Shown: in pieces, positions 1-8,939 of the stretch
How the letters are laid out: every line of letters starts with the position of its first letter
Numbering within the stretch: position 1 is the stretch's first letter
Virus record (IMG/VR): IMGVR_UViG_3300033072_000537
Location: 27,573 to 91,572 of that record
Source of the DNA: a virus
Lineage: Duplodnaviria; Caudoviricetes
Reading direction: 5' to 3' (one strand)
DNA length: 64,000 nt
Notes under the pieces: generated by a model
Database searches by the model: none
What the model was told of the DNA's origin: nothing
What the model saw: only the letters and a program-made list of their open reading frames with translations
Position numbers and translations under genes: made by a program

Positions 1-801
1 TCTGCGCTCTCCCGTGGCGAAATCAAGGTCGTCACCTTCTGTAATCTGCTCGTTGAGGGCGTGGATTGCCCGGCGATTGAGGCAGTTATCCTGCTCCGCC
101 CGACTCAATCGCTGGCGTCCTATCTACAGGTGATCGGACGCGGGCTTCGCCCGCACGGTAACAAGGATCGTTGCTATGTGCTTGATCATGCCGGATGCAC
201 GTTCACGCATGGGTTCGCTGATGAGATTCGCGACTGGTCGCTGGATGGTATGAAGAAGAAGGGTAAGAAGAAAAAGGACGACGATCCCGAGGTTAAGGCC
301 GCTCAGTGCGGGAAGTGCTATCGTTGCTTTACGCCAGCCGAAGCGATTGAGGCTGGCCGGGAGCGAGGCAGTGGCCCTTGCTGCCCGTACTGCGGCCATC
401 GCTCAGAGGTGAAAGAGCGCAAGATCGAGCAGGTTGATGGCGAGTTGCAAGAGATTACCGCCGAAGTCCGCGAGGCGATGCGCCGCGAGGCCCGCCGCCA
501 GCAAGGGGCCGCCCAGACCGTCGAGCAGCTCGTCGCCATCGGCAAGTCACGCTGGGAGGCCGAGCGCATCGTCAAAGCGCGCGCCGAGAAGCAGGAAGTC
601 ATATCCGGCTTAATTGCTGATTTGACAACGTGGCAGCAAGAAACGGGGCAGATGCCATTCACCATTTTTGGTGTATCATACAAAGACATTCGGTTCATGA
701 AGCCCAAGGATTTGAAGGCGCTGCGGGACCGTTTCGAGCAGCACAAAGCCGAATACCTGGCGGCGCAGAATACTGGGGAATTTCAACTGGAGGTTTCATG
801 A
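1..801 (+). CDS. SF2 DEAD/DEAH helicase (RadD/YejH-like), C-terminal part; gene begins upstream of window
   Basis: Frame open from base 1 (…NLLVEGVDCP…), motif VI QVIGRGLR, LDHAG, CxxC…CxxC Zn ribbon. Confidence 0.85.
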   Translation, partial: SALSRGEIKVVTFCNLLVEGVDCPAIEAVILLRPTQSLASYLQVIGRGLRPHGNKDRCYVLDHAGCTFTHGFADEIRDWSLDGMKKKGKKKKDDDPEVKAAQCGKCYRCFTPAEAIEAGRERGSGPCCPYCGHRSEVKERKIEQVDGELQEITAEVREAMRREARRQQGAAQTVEQLVAIGKSRWEAERIVKARAEKQEVISGLIADLTTWQQETGQMPFTIFGVSYKDIRFMKPKDLKALRDRFEQHKAEYLAAQNTGEFQLEVS

Positions 802-1538
802 AAAAAATTACGCTTGTTTCGGCCCGTGGGCAAACTTACCTTGAAATTGACGGGGAAGTCGTCAGTCCTGAGCGCGCCCGTCTGTGAATCAATGCCTGCG
901 AAGGTATCCCGGACTACCAGCTTACCGGCGAGAATGGCGAGTCGAACCGCCTTGGCGAAACCATCGACCATCTGCGCTCGCAAATCAGCCTTGTCGGCGA
1001 GTCCCACCCCCTGAAAACCATCTTCGACCAGTGCATCGAGCAGGCCGTGTCCGGCAAGGGCGAAGAGCGCCACGGCCACGGCACCCCGTTCATGGAGCAG
1101 CCGTGGCACCAGATTGCGGATCGCCAGGGCCTTGGCTTTCTGGTCGGTCAGGCCGAGAAGAAGATTGGCGAGGCCACGGCCATGATCCAGCATAACCCCG
1201 GCCGCGATGGCGTCGAGTTCTGGCAGAAGGAAATCCGCGGCGCGATGAACTACCTCGCCATGGCAATGCTCTACGTCGAGGAGCAAGTTGCAGAGCTGCA
1301 GGCTGATCAGGCCGGCTGCGGCAACTGCCAGGCCTGCGCCGCTGCTGCGGAAAAAGCAGCCCCGATGAAATATGACCCGGTGACTGGCATCTCCCCGTAC
1401 CCCGGCCCGTTTCTTCCGGAAGCCTATCGGTCGTACCACGTCCCGGTGGCATGGTTGTTCAACCCCTGGACTGGCGAGAAGCGCGACCCGCTAGACGTCG
1501 GAACGGACCCGGCCGGTCATCTCATTGCACCGTTTTAA
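798..1538 (+). pseudogene. Phage hypothetical protein interrupted by in-frame TGA at 885-887 (pseudogene or recoded)
   Basis: GGAGG RBS before ATG 798; ORFs 798-887 and 1047-1538 share one frame with only a single stop; ARL*INACEGI resembles ACVNACEGV in ORF 20547-21227. Confidence 0.6.
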
Positions 1539-1561
1539 TCACCGCCCTTTGGAGCAAAACC

Positions 1562-1843
1562 ATGAAAAAATCTGAACTGATCAAGCACCTGGCCGAGCAA
1601 ACCGGCCAGACACAGAAGGCCATTGGCGAACTGTTCTCCGCCCTGGACCTGACCCTGCAGAATAATGCCGCAGCCGGCGAGGATACCGTCCTGGGCCTGC
1701 TGACCGTGGCCGTGGTCGAAAAGGCCGCCCGCGTCGGCCGCAACCCGAAGACCGGCGAAACCGCTGAAATCCCTGCGCGCACCGCGATCAAGGTCAAGGT
1801 CGGCAAGACACTGAAGGACGCCGGAAAGCGGGTGGTAAAGTGA
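1562..1843 (+). CDS. HU family DNA-binding protein
   Basis: MKKSELIKHLAE… and ARVGRNPKTGETAEIPA signature; GGAG RBS. Confidence 0.93.
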   Translation: MKKSELIKHLAEQTGQTQKAIGELFSALDLTLQNNAAAGEDTVLGLLTVAVVEKAARVGRNPKTGETAEIPARTAIKVKVGKTLKDAGKRVVK

Positions 1844-2115
1844 ATACCCGCCTCTACAAAGTGACCGTCGCCGCCCGCGTGATCTCCTGCTTTGCGCACC
1901 TGTCCGGCCGCGACAAGTCCGCCGTCATTCCCGAGAGTACGTTCGACCAGCTCGACATGGACAGCCTGGACGTGATCGAGCTGATCATGGCGCTGGAAGA
2001 AGAGTTCGAGATCGAGATCGACGAAAATCTGACAGGGGATTTCACCACGGTCGGCGAGTTTATCGCGCTCGTTGAAAAAGAAACCGCCGGCACCGTCCAG
2101 GGTTCGCCGATTTGA
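1840..2115 (+). CDS. acpP: Acyl carrier protein
   Basis: LDMDSLDVIELIMALEEEFEIEI with phosphopantetheine Ser motif DSLD. Confidence 0.88.
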   Translation: MNTRLYKVTVAARVISCFAHLSGRDKSAVIPESTFDQLDMDSLDVIELIMALEEEFEIEIDENLTGDFTTVGEFIALVEKETAGTVQGSPI

Positions 2116-2153
2116 TTTAGCGGGGGGCTGTCCCCCCGTTTTTTGGAGCCAAC

Positions 2154-2600
2154 ATGGCAAACAATATTTCAGTTGTCGGGCGTCTGGCTGCCGACTCCGA
2201 GGTTAAGCACACAGCATCCGGCACAACCGTCTTGGAATTCCGTATCGCCGACGACGTCGGTTTCGGAGATAAGAAGGTTACAAACTGGTGGCGCTGCGCT
2301 GTCTGGGGAAAGCAGGCCGAGGGTAAGCTGGCCGACTTTCTCAAGAAGGGCCAGCAGGTCGTCGTCTTTGGCGAGGTGACCATGCGAGAATGGGAAGACA
2401 GAGACGGCAACAAGCGCCTGTCTCCTGAGATTCGCGTTAATGCCGTGAATCTGGCCGGGGCCAAGCAGGACGGCGGCGGCTCTGGTCAATCGCAGCACCA
2501 GCAGGACAAGTCGAACGGTTACCAGCCGCAAGGTGAGCAGCAGCAGCGACGGCAGGCGCCGCAGAATCAGAGCTTTGATGACGGGGATATTCCTTTCTGA
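2154..2600 (+). CDS. ssb: Single-stranded DNA-binding protein
   Basis: OB-fold N-terminus, Gly/Gln linker, acidic C-tail DDGDIPF. Confidence 0.96.
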   Translation: MANNISVVGRLAADSEVKHTASGTTVLEFRIADDVGFGDKKVTNWWRCAVWGKQAEGKLADFLKKGQQVVVFGEVTMREWEDRDGNKRLSPEIRVNAVNLAGAKQDGGGSGQSQHQQDKSNGYQPQGEQQQRRQAPQNQSFDDGDIPF

Positions 2601-2622
2601 TGTAAGGGTTTGCGCAAAATAC

Positions 2623-2651
2623 AACACCGCCCTCTGGGGCGGTTTTTATTT
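2623..2651 (+). terminator. Rho-independent terminator
   Basis: ACCGCCC-TCTG-GGGCGGT followed by T-tract after ssb. Confidence 0.8.
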
Positions 2652-2671
2652 GCACGATTCATCCGAAATAC

Positions 2672-2700
2672 TTGCACCGTTACCCGAATTTGGTTAATCT
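2672..2700 (+). promoter_or_regulatory. sigma70-like promoter with embedded 16-bp palindromic operator
   Basis: TTGCAC-17-TAATCT; TACCCGAATTTGGTTA at 2681-2696. Confidence 0.7.
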
Positions 2701-2889
2701 ACTCATGCCGGATGTAGGTATCCGGAGAAGTGCGCCAAGGCCGAGGACGGTCTGCTGCCTGGGTTCATCGTCACCGACGAGTACAAAGGCGACCGGATCA
2801 ACGCTGACGACCTGACGCCGTTCAACGGCTGATCAACCCAAGCCCGGTGACAGCGGGTCTGGACGAATGATTTTGAACTTAGGACTCAC

Positions 2890-3384
2890 ATGAACAAAAC
2901 CCGCTTTGACGCAATATATTCTGGCCTCACCTCAGTCGCTCAGAAGGTCTACTGCGCTGTTCCGATCACCGAGGAATGGCCCATCTCCCAGATTCACTCT
3001 GAGCTCGTGCGACTCGGCGCTAACACCGACAGGAAGATTCTGCAGGGTTGCCTAAAATCGCTGATGGACGCCGGGCTGATCACCGAGTCCGCAGGGAAAT
3101 GCTACCGCCGTGTCGAGGTGAGAAACAGGGCGGCCAGCTCTACGTCGCCAGCGCCCGAGCCTGAGATTGAAGCCCCGCCAACGCTGGCCCCTGCTGCGCC
3201 GACCACCCCGTTTGGCAAGTTGGCAGCACTAGCCGCCAAGGCTCGTGAATTGGCGAAAAGCCTGCACGAGCTGGCGGAAGAAATCGAGAACGCAGCGCTT
3301 GATGTTGAGGCCCAGGCCGAAGCGAATAGCGCCGAATTGCAAAAGGTAAAGCAGCTGAAGGCGATACTGCACAGCCTGAGCTAA
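2890..3384 (+). CDS. Winged-HTH plus coiled-coil hypothetical protein
   Basis: AGGA RBS; wHTH-like pattern LKSLMDAGLI; C-terminal coiled coil. Confidence 0.65.
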   Translation: MNKTRFDAIYSGLTSVAQKVYCAVPITEEWPISQIHSELVRLGANTDRKILQGCLKSLMDAGLITESAGKCYRRVEVRNRAASSTSPAPEPEIEAPPTLAPAAPTTPFGKLAALAAKARELAKSLHELAEEIENAALDVEAQAEANSAELQKVKQLKAILHSLS

Positions 3385-3430
3385 TCCACTGATTTACCCG
3401 AATTACCAACAACAGCCAGAAAGGCAAACC

Positions 3431-3697
3431 ATGAACGCAAAGAAAGCAAAAGCCATCCGCCGCTACGTCCGCTCGACCGGGGCGACCAAGGCCGAGCTCA
3501 CCCGTCCCCGCTCCGGAGTGATCAGCCACACCGACCCGATCACCCGCCAGGAGTTTCGCTACGACCTGCCGCTGACCGCCAGCTACCCGCAGGATTCTTT
3601 CCAGCGGGCCTATTCCCTGGCAAAGCGCCTACTCGGCAACGTCCGCACGGACATCATCAATGCTCGCGCCGAGCTGAATTTCGCCGCCGCCGCCTAA
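3431..3697 (+). CDS. Hypothetical protein
   Basis: RBS, phage-like codon usage. Confidence 0.65.
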   Translation: MNAKKAKAIRRYVRSTGATKAELTRPRSGVISHTDPITRQEFRYDLPLTASYPQDSFQRAYSLAKRLLGNVRTDIINARAELNFAAAA

Positions 3698-3737
3698 TCA
3701 CCCCGGCCTGGTTCGCCAGGCCACCCCGGAGACTGCC

Positions 3738-3965
3738 ATGCAAGACCATGCAAAGCCGATCCGTCAGCGACTGATCGCAGATACACCCGAAGACACCCCG
3801 CTGGACATCAAGCGCCGCGCCGCCGTCGCTTACCTGGGTGAAAACCATGTACTGCATCCGGAGTACAAGTTCCGCCCTCGCCACTCGTTCTCCGTCGCTG
3901 GCTGGGCTCCCCATTCCGTGCTGCGCCCGATTCAACTGGCCGCCCAACAGGCTGGCCGTATCTGA
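3738..3965 (+). CDS. Hypothetical protein
   Basis: GGAG RBS, in operon. Confidence 0.6.
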   Translation: MQDHAKPIRQRLIADTPEDTPLDIKRRAAVAYLGENHVLHPEYKFRPRHSFSVAGWAPHSVLRPIQLAAQQAGRI

Positions 3966-3983
3966 TCTGCCTTGGAACGAACC

Positions 3984-4460
3984 ATGAACAAACTCAAAAT
4001 CCAAAAACTGCACCCGGAAGCCATCATCCCGAAGTACGCCACTGCCGGGGCTGCATGCTTCGATCTGCATGCGGTGCTCGTCGATCAGAAGGAAGGCCCG
4101 TATCAGGACATCGTCGCGCCTGGCTGCACACTGGTCGTCAATACCGGCCTTGCATTTGAAGTGCCCGATGGCTGGGTGATGTTGATCTTCAGCCGCTCAG
4201 GCCACGGCTTCAAGAACGATGTCAGCCTCTCAAACTGCGTTGGCGTGATCGATTCTGACTACCGCGGCGAGGTGAAGGTCAAGCTGCGCAACGATAGCCC
4301 GTTAGCCGACCAGGTTGCGGCCTGCTTGCCTGTGGCCCATGGCGACCGCATCGCTCAGGCCATGCTCGTCAAGGTCGAGCAGTGGGAGATGGTCGAGGTT
4401 GACGAGCTCTCCAGCACCGAGCGCGGCGCGGGCGGGCTGGGCTCGACTGGTACGAAGTAA
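3984..4460 (+). CDS. dut: dUTPase (trimeric)
   Basis: Motifs AACFDL, SRSG, GVIDSDYRGEV, DRIAQ, RGAGGLGSTG. Confidence 0.96.
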   Translation: MNKLKIQKLHPEAIIPKYATAGAACFDLHAVLVDQKEGPYQDIVAPGCTLVVNTGLAFEVPDGWVMLIFSRSGHGFKNDVSLSNCVGVIDSDYRGEVKVKLRNDSPLADQVAACLPVAHGDRIAQAMLVKVEQWEMVEVDELSSTERGAGGLGSTGTK

Positions 4461-4479
4461 TTTTTAAAAGGATACGATC

Positions 4480-5397
4480 ATGTTTTTCAAGAACCTCCAG
4501 ATTTTCCGTCTCTCCGGTGTCGGCCTGTTTCTCGCTACGTTCGGCGAGCAAATTGCCAAGGGTCAATTCCGGCCGTGCTCAGATCACGAGTCCTATACCC
4601 GTGGCTGGGTGTCGCCGCGTGGCGATGGTTACCTCGTCTATGCCTCCGGTCGCCAGTGGATGATCTCCTTGGCCGTGCAGGAGCGCCTGCTGCCGTCCTC
4701 CGTGGTAAATGAGGAGGTCAGCAAGCGCGCCGACGCCTTGACCAAGGAGCAGGGCTACGCGCCGGGTCGCAAAGCGATGAAGGAGCTCAAGGAGCGTGTC
4801 ATCGATGAGCTGATGCCGCGCGCTTTCACTCGCACCCGCCGGACGAACGTTTGGATTGACCCTGTCAATGGCTGGTTCGTGGTCGATGCCGCCAGTATGG
4901 CCAAGGCCGAGGAGGTGATCGAGCACCTGCGACTCTGCCTCGACAACTTCCCGCTCAAACTGCTCCGCACAACGATTTCTCCGCAGGCGGCAATGGCGGA
5001 TTGGCTTGCGGGCGGCGAGGCCCCGACCGGCTTCACTATCGACCGAGACTGCGAGGTCAAGGCAGTAGGCGAGGAGAAGGCTACGGTCCGCTACGTTCAT
5101 CATCCGCTGGCGGACGAGGCTGCCGACGAGATCAAGGCGCACCTGGCCGCCGGCAAGCTGCCGACCAAGCTGGCGCTGACCTGGGACGAACGTATTTCAT
5201 TCGTGCTGACCGAGAAGCTCGAGATCAAGCGCCTGGCCTTCCTGGACATCGTCAAGGATCAGGCCGAGAGCGCGGCGGAAACCGCTGACGATATGTTCGA
5301 CTCCGACTTTGCCATCATGACCGGTGAGCTGTCGCGCTTCCTGGTGGCGCTGGTTGATGCGCTTGGCGGTGAGATCGTCGAGGAGTCAGCAGCATGA
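4480..5397 (+). CDS. rdgC: Recombination-associated protein RdgC
   Basis: MFFKNLQIFRL, ERLLPSSVV, LMPRAF, KLALTWDERISFVL, FDSDFAIMTGEL. Confidence 0.95.
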   Translation: MFFKNLQIFRLSGVGLFLATFGEQIAKGQFRPCSDHESYTRGWVSPRGDGYLVYASGRQWMISLAVQERLLPSSVVNEEVSKRADALTKEQGYAPGRKAMKELKERVIDELMPRAFTRTRRTNVWIDPVNGWFVVDAASMAKAEEVIEHLRLCLDNFPLKLLRTTISPQAAMADWLAGGEAPTGFTIDRDCEVKAVGEEKATVRYVHHPLADEAADEIKAHLAAGKLPTKLALTWDERISFVLTEKLEIKRLAFLDIVKDQAESAAETADDMFDSDFAIMTGELSRFLVALVDALGGEIVEESAA

Positions 5398-5588
5398 GCG
5401 CCGAAACCAATTGCCTTGCCCATGGTGAAGACGGCAAGCCGAACGGCTGCGACATGGCCGACCAGTGCCAGCGCCACCTGGCGCTCCGTGCCGTAGGGCC
5501 GTTCCCCGGCGGTAACGTCGAGGAGCGCGCCTGCACCAAGTCAGGCTATCCGGCATTCGTTCGCGATGTCAGCGCCAAGCAGAATTAA
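5394..5588 (+). CDS. Small Cys-rich hypothetical protein
   Basis: ATGA overlap with rdgC, GAGGAG RBS. Confidence 0.55.
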   Translation: MSAETNCLAHGEDGKPNGCDMADQCQRHLALRAVGPFPGGNVEERACTKSGYPAFVRDVSAKQN

Positions 5589-5823
5589 CGGCGTCGACCG
5601 GGCGGTCCTCGAGGCCGCCTGCAAGTCAAAGAACCGATACTCGGATCACCTGACTGCCATCGCTATCGGCATATCCCAGTCCGAGCGTTATGGCGTGAAG
5701 CTCTACACGTACAAGTGCCCGCATTGCCGCGGCTGGCACCTGACGAAAAATGGACGCGGCTTCAACGGAAACCCGTCGCTTCTGTGCTCGCCGAAAATCT
5801 TCGGCGCGGGCAGCGACAACTGA
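5566..5823 (+). CDS. Small Zn-ribbon phage protein
   Basis: CKSKNRY…YKCPHCRGWHLT. Confidence 0.7.
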   Translation: MSAPSRINGVDRAVLEAACKSKNRYSDHLTAIAIGISQSERYGVKLYTYKCPHCRGWHLTKNGRGFNGNPSLLCSPKIFGAGSDN

Positions 5824-5833
5824 AAGGACGATC

Positions 5834-6592
5834 ATGGAAACCACTACTGCCGGCGAATCGCTGGTTGTCGAATTAAACGCAAAGGCCCTTGCGCCTGTTT
5901 CTATCTTCAAAGCGGATGCTGACGTCCGCTATTACCTCAACGGTATTTGTGTCCAGCCTGGCCTCGATGGCGTCGGCTGCTTCGTCATCGGCTGCGACGG
6001 TCGCCGCCTGGCGCTCTGGTACGACAAGTACGGCAAGTGCTCTCGCCAGGTTGTGCTGCGCGTCTCCCGTGAGCTGGTGTCGGCCAGTCGGAAGAAGGGC
6101 GCAAAGGACGGGCGCATTGTGCTGGATGCTGGCCGGCTGGTCTGTGTCGGAGAGAACGGCGAGGAGCATTTCGTCCAGGCCGGCAAGGCAGAGGTTGAGC
6201 TGTCTACGTACGGAGAAGGAAAGTTCAAGCGCACCCATGAATACCCCGACGTTTTCCGCGTCATCCCGAAAGATGCCGAGCTGCAGCCTGGTGCTCATGG
6301 CGCGATCAACGGGCGCTATCTGGAGGACATTGGCAAGGCTTCCAGGCTTCTGCAGCGCAACCGGTTCGGCATCGGGGTCTGGCATTTCACCAAGGACAAA
6401 GGCGGTCCGGTGGTCACTCGCTTCGAGGGCGAGGATAATTTCCTCGTCGTCACCATGCCTATGCGCTCAGATGGCCTGGACCGCTGGTCGAAGCTGCCGG
6501 CGGCGATCAACTGCAAGCACCTGAACGACAAGCCTTCCAACGTGCCGGCGACGGCCGGCTATCCGATGGGTTCGATGGGGGAGGCGGTATGA
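5834..6592 (+). CDS. DNA polymerase III beta-clamp (DnaN)-like partial protein
   Basis: DVRYYLNGI, CDGRRLA, YPDVFRVIP and VTMPMR match DnaN middle/C-terminal domain motifs; lacks the first domain. Confidence 0.75.
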   Translation: METTTAGESLVVELNAKALAPVSIFKADADVRYYLNGICVQPGLDGVGCFVIGCDGRRLALWYDKYGKCSRQVVLRVSRELVSASRKKGAKDGRIVLDAGRLVCVGENGEEHFVQAGKAEVELSTYGEGKFKRTHEYPDVFRVIPKDAELQPGAHGAINGRYLEDIGKASRLLQRNRFGIGVWHFTKDKGGPVVTRFEGEDNFLVVTMPMRSDGLDRWSKLPAAINCKHLNDKPSNVPATAGYPMGSMGEAV

Positions 6593-7107
6593 AGATCACC
6601 GAAGAACGCATCCGCCGTATCACCATCAGCGAAGTGCAGTGCCTCGATCCGATCCGCGTCATGCTTGAGGACGTCGGAGAGAACCAGGGTCGGATCAATA
6701 TCGAGTGCTACGGACAGTCCTGGGCGTGCTTCTGGGGCAGCATGGGTGGCACAATTTCGGAGTTCTTCACGAGCTGCGACGAGCACTACCTTGCCGGCAA
6801 GTTGAGCAGCATCCCGAGCGAGATTTATACGCCGGACGGCCTCAAAGAGATGTTGAAACGAGAGCTGCTGAATGAGCGCCGCCGTCGCCTAGTCAGCGGC
6901 GGGTATGCGCGCCAGCGATACGACACCATTGAAGAACTCGACCTTCCGGAAACCGAAGAACAGTTATGGAGCATCGCCCGTGAGATGGAGAGCATCATCG
7001 GCGAGGAATGGTGGTACAGAATCCCGAAAAAGCCAAACCCAGACTACGAGTACCTGACTCGGATTATCAAGACCGTGCAGGCCGCACTGCGAGAGGTGAA
7101 TTCATGA
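6589..7107 (+). CDS. Phage hypothetical protein
   Basis: ATGA overlap, GGAGG RBS. Confidence 0.75.
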   Translation: MKITEERIRRITISEVQCLDPIRVMLEDVGENQGRINIECYGQSWACFWGSMGGTISEFFTSCDEHYLAGKLSSIPSEIYTPDGLKEMLKRELLNERRRRLVSGGYARQRYDTIEELDLPETEEQLWSIAREMESIIGEEWWYRIPKKPNPDYEYLTRIIKTVQAALREVNS

Positions 7108-7568
7108 AAACGACCAAGCAGCAGCGCCTTGAGCACGCCAACGATCTTATCAAAGTGATCGCCTCGCATGGTCGCCGGTTCTTTTTCTATGGCGGAAGCA
7201 ATGTCTATGACCCGCATACAAAAGCATCGGTCTTTGTACCCGCAAATCGTTACGCGCGTTTTGAGCTACGCAGCGGACGTCTTTGGTTTATTGATGATTA
7301 CAGCCAGCGCGCCATCTACATGCACAAGACAGGATTCCGCAACAAGTGGCGCGGATTCAGTCACGGCGGTACGCTGCGCGCTCTGGTTGAAGATATGCGT
7401 GACTACATCCTCGCATCGACGCCAGTTCCGCGATGGAAGATCGTAATCCAGCAACTTGGCGCAGAAGGCCTCGATAGAAACATCTGGGGATATGACGTCG
7501 AGTCGGCCAAGGCCGTCCGTGCTGCGGCTTATGCGCTGCCGATCATGGAGGTGGACCATGCCCGCTAA
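7104..7568 (+). CDS. Phage hypothetical protein (WRGFSHGGTLR)
   Basis: ATGA overlap, GAGGT RBS. Confidence 0.75.
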   Translation: MKTTKQQRLEHANDLIKVIASHGRRFFFYGGSNVYDPHTKASVFVPANRYARFELRSGRLWFIDDYSQRAIYMHKTGFRNKWRGFSHGGTLRALVEDMRDYILASTPVPRWKIVIQQLGAEGLDRNIWGYDVESAKAVRAAAYALPIMEVDHAR

Positions 7569-8013
7569 CAAGAAGCCCCGCAAGGACTACCGCCCCCGCG
7601 CATCGATCTATCCAGACCTGCACGACGTCGGAACGATTTTCCGCCCGATTCACACCATGTTCGACCAGCTCCGTGCCGGCGAAGTCGATGCCGTCCGGGG
7701 GCGGCCGGTGTTCACGGACTGGATGGGCGAAATCTGCGAAGTCGTGCCGGCACTCGAGGGCTGGATTTCGTGCTGGCAGCGCATCATCGACGGCGAGCGC
7801 TTGGCGATCAAGCTGGACGGTCTGCGCAAGATCGCGAAGCGGCTCGACCTGGGCGTCATAATGACTGAGGAGGACGTGGAGGCTGGCTGGCGCGAGGTGC
7901 TGGCGTGCCAGCGCGCGACGACGCGAATTCCGCGCAAGACGCTGGGTTCGTACATGCGCACCGAGCAGATCGCTATCGAGGTCGAGCAACGGGGGTTGAC
8001 CTATGCTGCCTAG
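7558..8013 (+). CDS. Phage hypothetical protein
   Basis: GGAGGT RBS, coupled ORF. Confidence 0.7.
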   Translation: MPANKKPRKDYRPRASIYPDLHDVGTIFRPIHTMFDQLRAGEVDAVRGRPVFTDWMGEICEVVPALEGWISCWQRIIDGERLAIKLDGLRKIAKRLDLGVIMTEEDVEAGWREVLACQRATTRIPRKTLGSYMRTEQIAIEVEQRGLTYAA

Positions 8014-8431
8014 ATCACTGCACCCGACCATGGGGAAGCTGCGCAAGCTGTTCGAGGCTGGCAATCGCCTGTCAGCCTTTGACGCTGAAGCCCGGCTTTT
8101 CGTCGATGCCCGCAACGCGCGCGAGTATCTGAAAATCCTCCACGCCGAGAAGTTCATCTACATCCATTCCTGGGTGCGTCCCGGCAATCACGGGAAATGG
8201 ACGCCGATCTATGCGCTAAAGCGCGACGAGGACGACAGGGACGTGAAGTCGCCTGCCGCGCTCAAGGAGGCGGAAATCAGTAGGCGCTTTCGCCCCAAAC
8301 CTGAGAAATGGGAGCACGAGATCAAGCAGGCGAGGATTCGCCGTGCCGGGCGCAAGTACGTGGAGCAGGTGGTTCAGCTCGACCCGCTGATGGCGGCTCT
8401 CAATCGTGACGCCACCATTGCTGGATCATGA
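8003..8431 (+). CDS. Putative wHTH DNA-binding protein
   Basis: Coupled ORF; similar architecture to 27109-27612 (…YIHSW… vs …HIAGW…; DPLMAA vs DPLIAA). Confidence 0.6.
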   Translation: MLPRSLHPTMGKLRKLFEAGNRLSAFDAEARLFVDARNAREYLKILHAEKFIYIHSWVRPGNHGKWTPIYALKRDEDDRDVKSPAALKEAEISRRFRPKPEKWEHEIKQARIRRAGRKYVEQVVQLDPLMAALNRDATIAGS

Positions 8432-8859
8432 GCGAAACCAAAGTTGTTGTTCCGAGCGTCCTCCTGGAGCTCTCGCGCCAGGGGGCGACCGGCTTCCGCG
8501 TCAATACCGGTACCGGATGGATCGGCACCGGTAAGCCGGTCCGTATCACGAAGCCGATGACGGTCACGCTCCGCCCTGGTGACGTGGTCCTGCGTGGCCC
8601 GGTCCGCCCCCTGAATGCCGGCCTGGTCAAGGGCGGTAGCGACATCATCGGCTGGGACCAGGTTGTCATCACCCCGGACATGGTCGGCAAGACCATCGCG
8701 CAATTCCTGGCTATTGAGTGCAAGGACGGCAAGGGCCGGCTGTCCGACGAGCAGCGAATCTTTATCAACAATGTCCGTGCAGCGGGTGGCAAGGCCGGCG
8801 TCGCATACTGCGCCGATGATGCACGGGACATCCTGAAAGGTCACAATATTTCCCCGTAG
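8428..8859 (+). CDS. VRR-NUC domain nuclease
   Basis: GSDIIG…FLAIECKDGKGRLSDEQRIF…GGKAGV. Confidence 0.9.
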   Translation: MSETKVVVPSVLLELSRQGATGFRVNTGTGWIGTGKPVRITKPMTVTLRPGDVVLRGPVRPLNAGLVKGGSDIIGWDQVVITPDMVGKTIAQFLAIECKDGKGRLSDEQRIFINNVRAAGGKAGVAYCADDARDILKGHNISP

Positions 8860-8939
8860 TATTATCCTGTTTTGGTTATAATCACCGAAAACTAAGCGGC
8901 GCAGACCGCATATATGACTTTCACCGCCTGGGTAAATAT

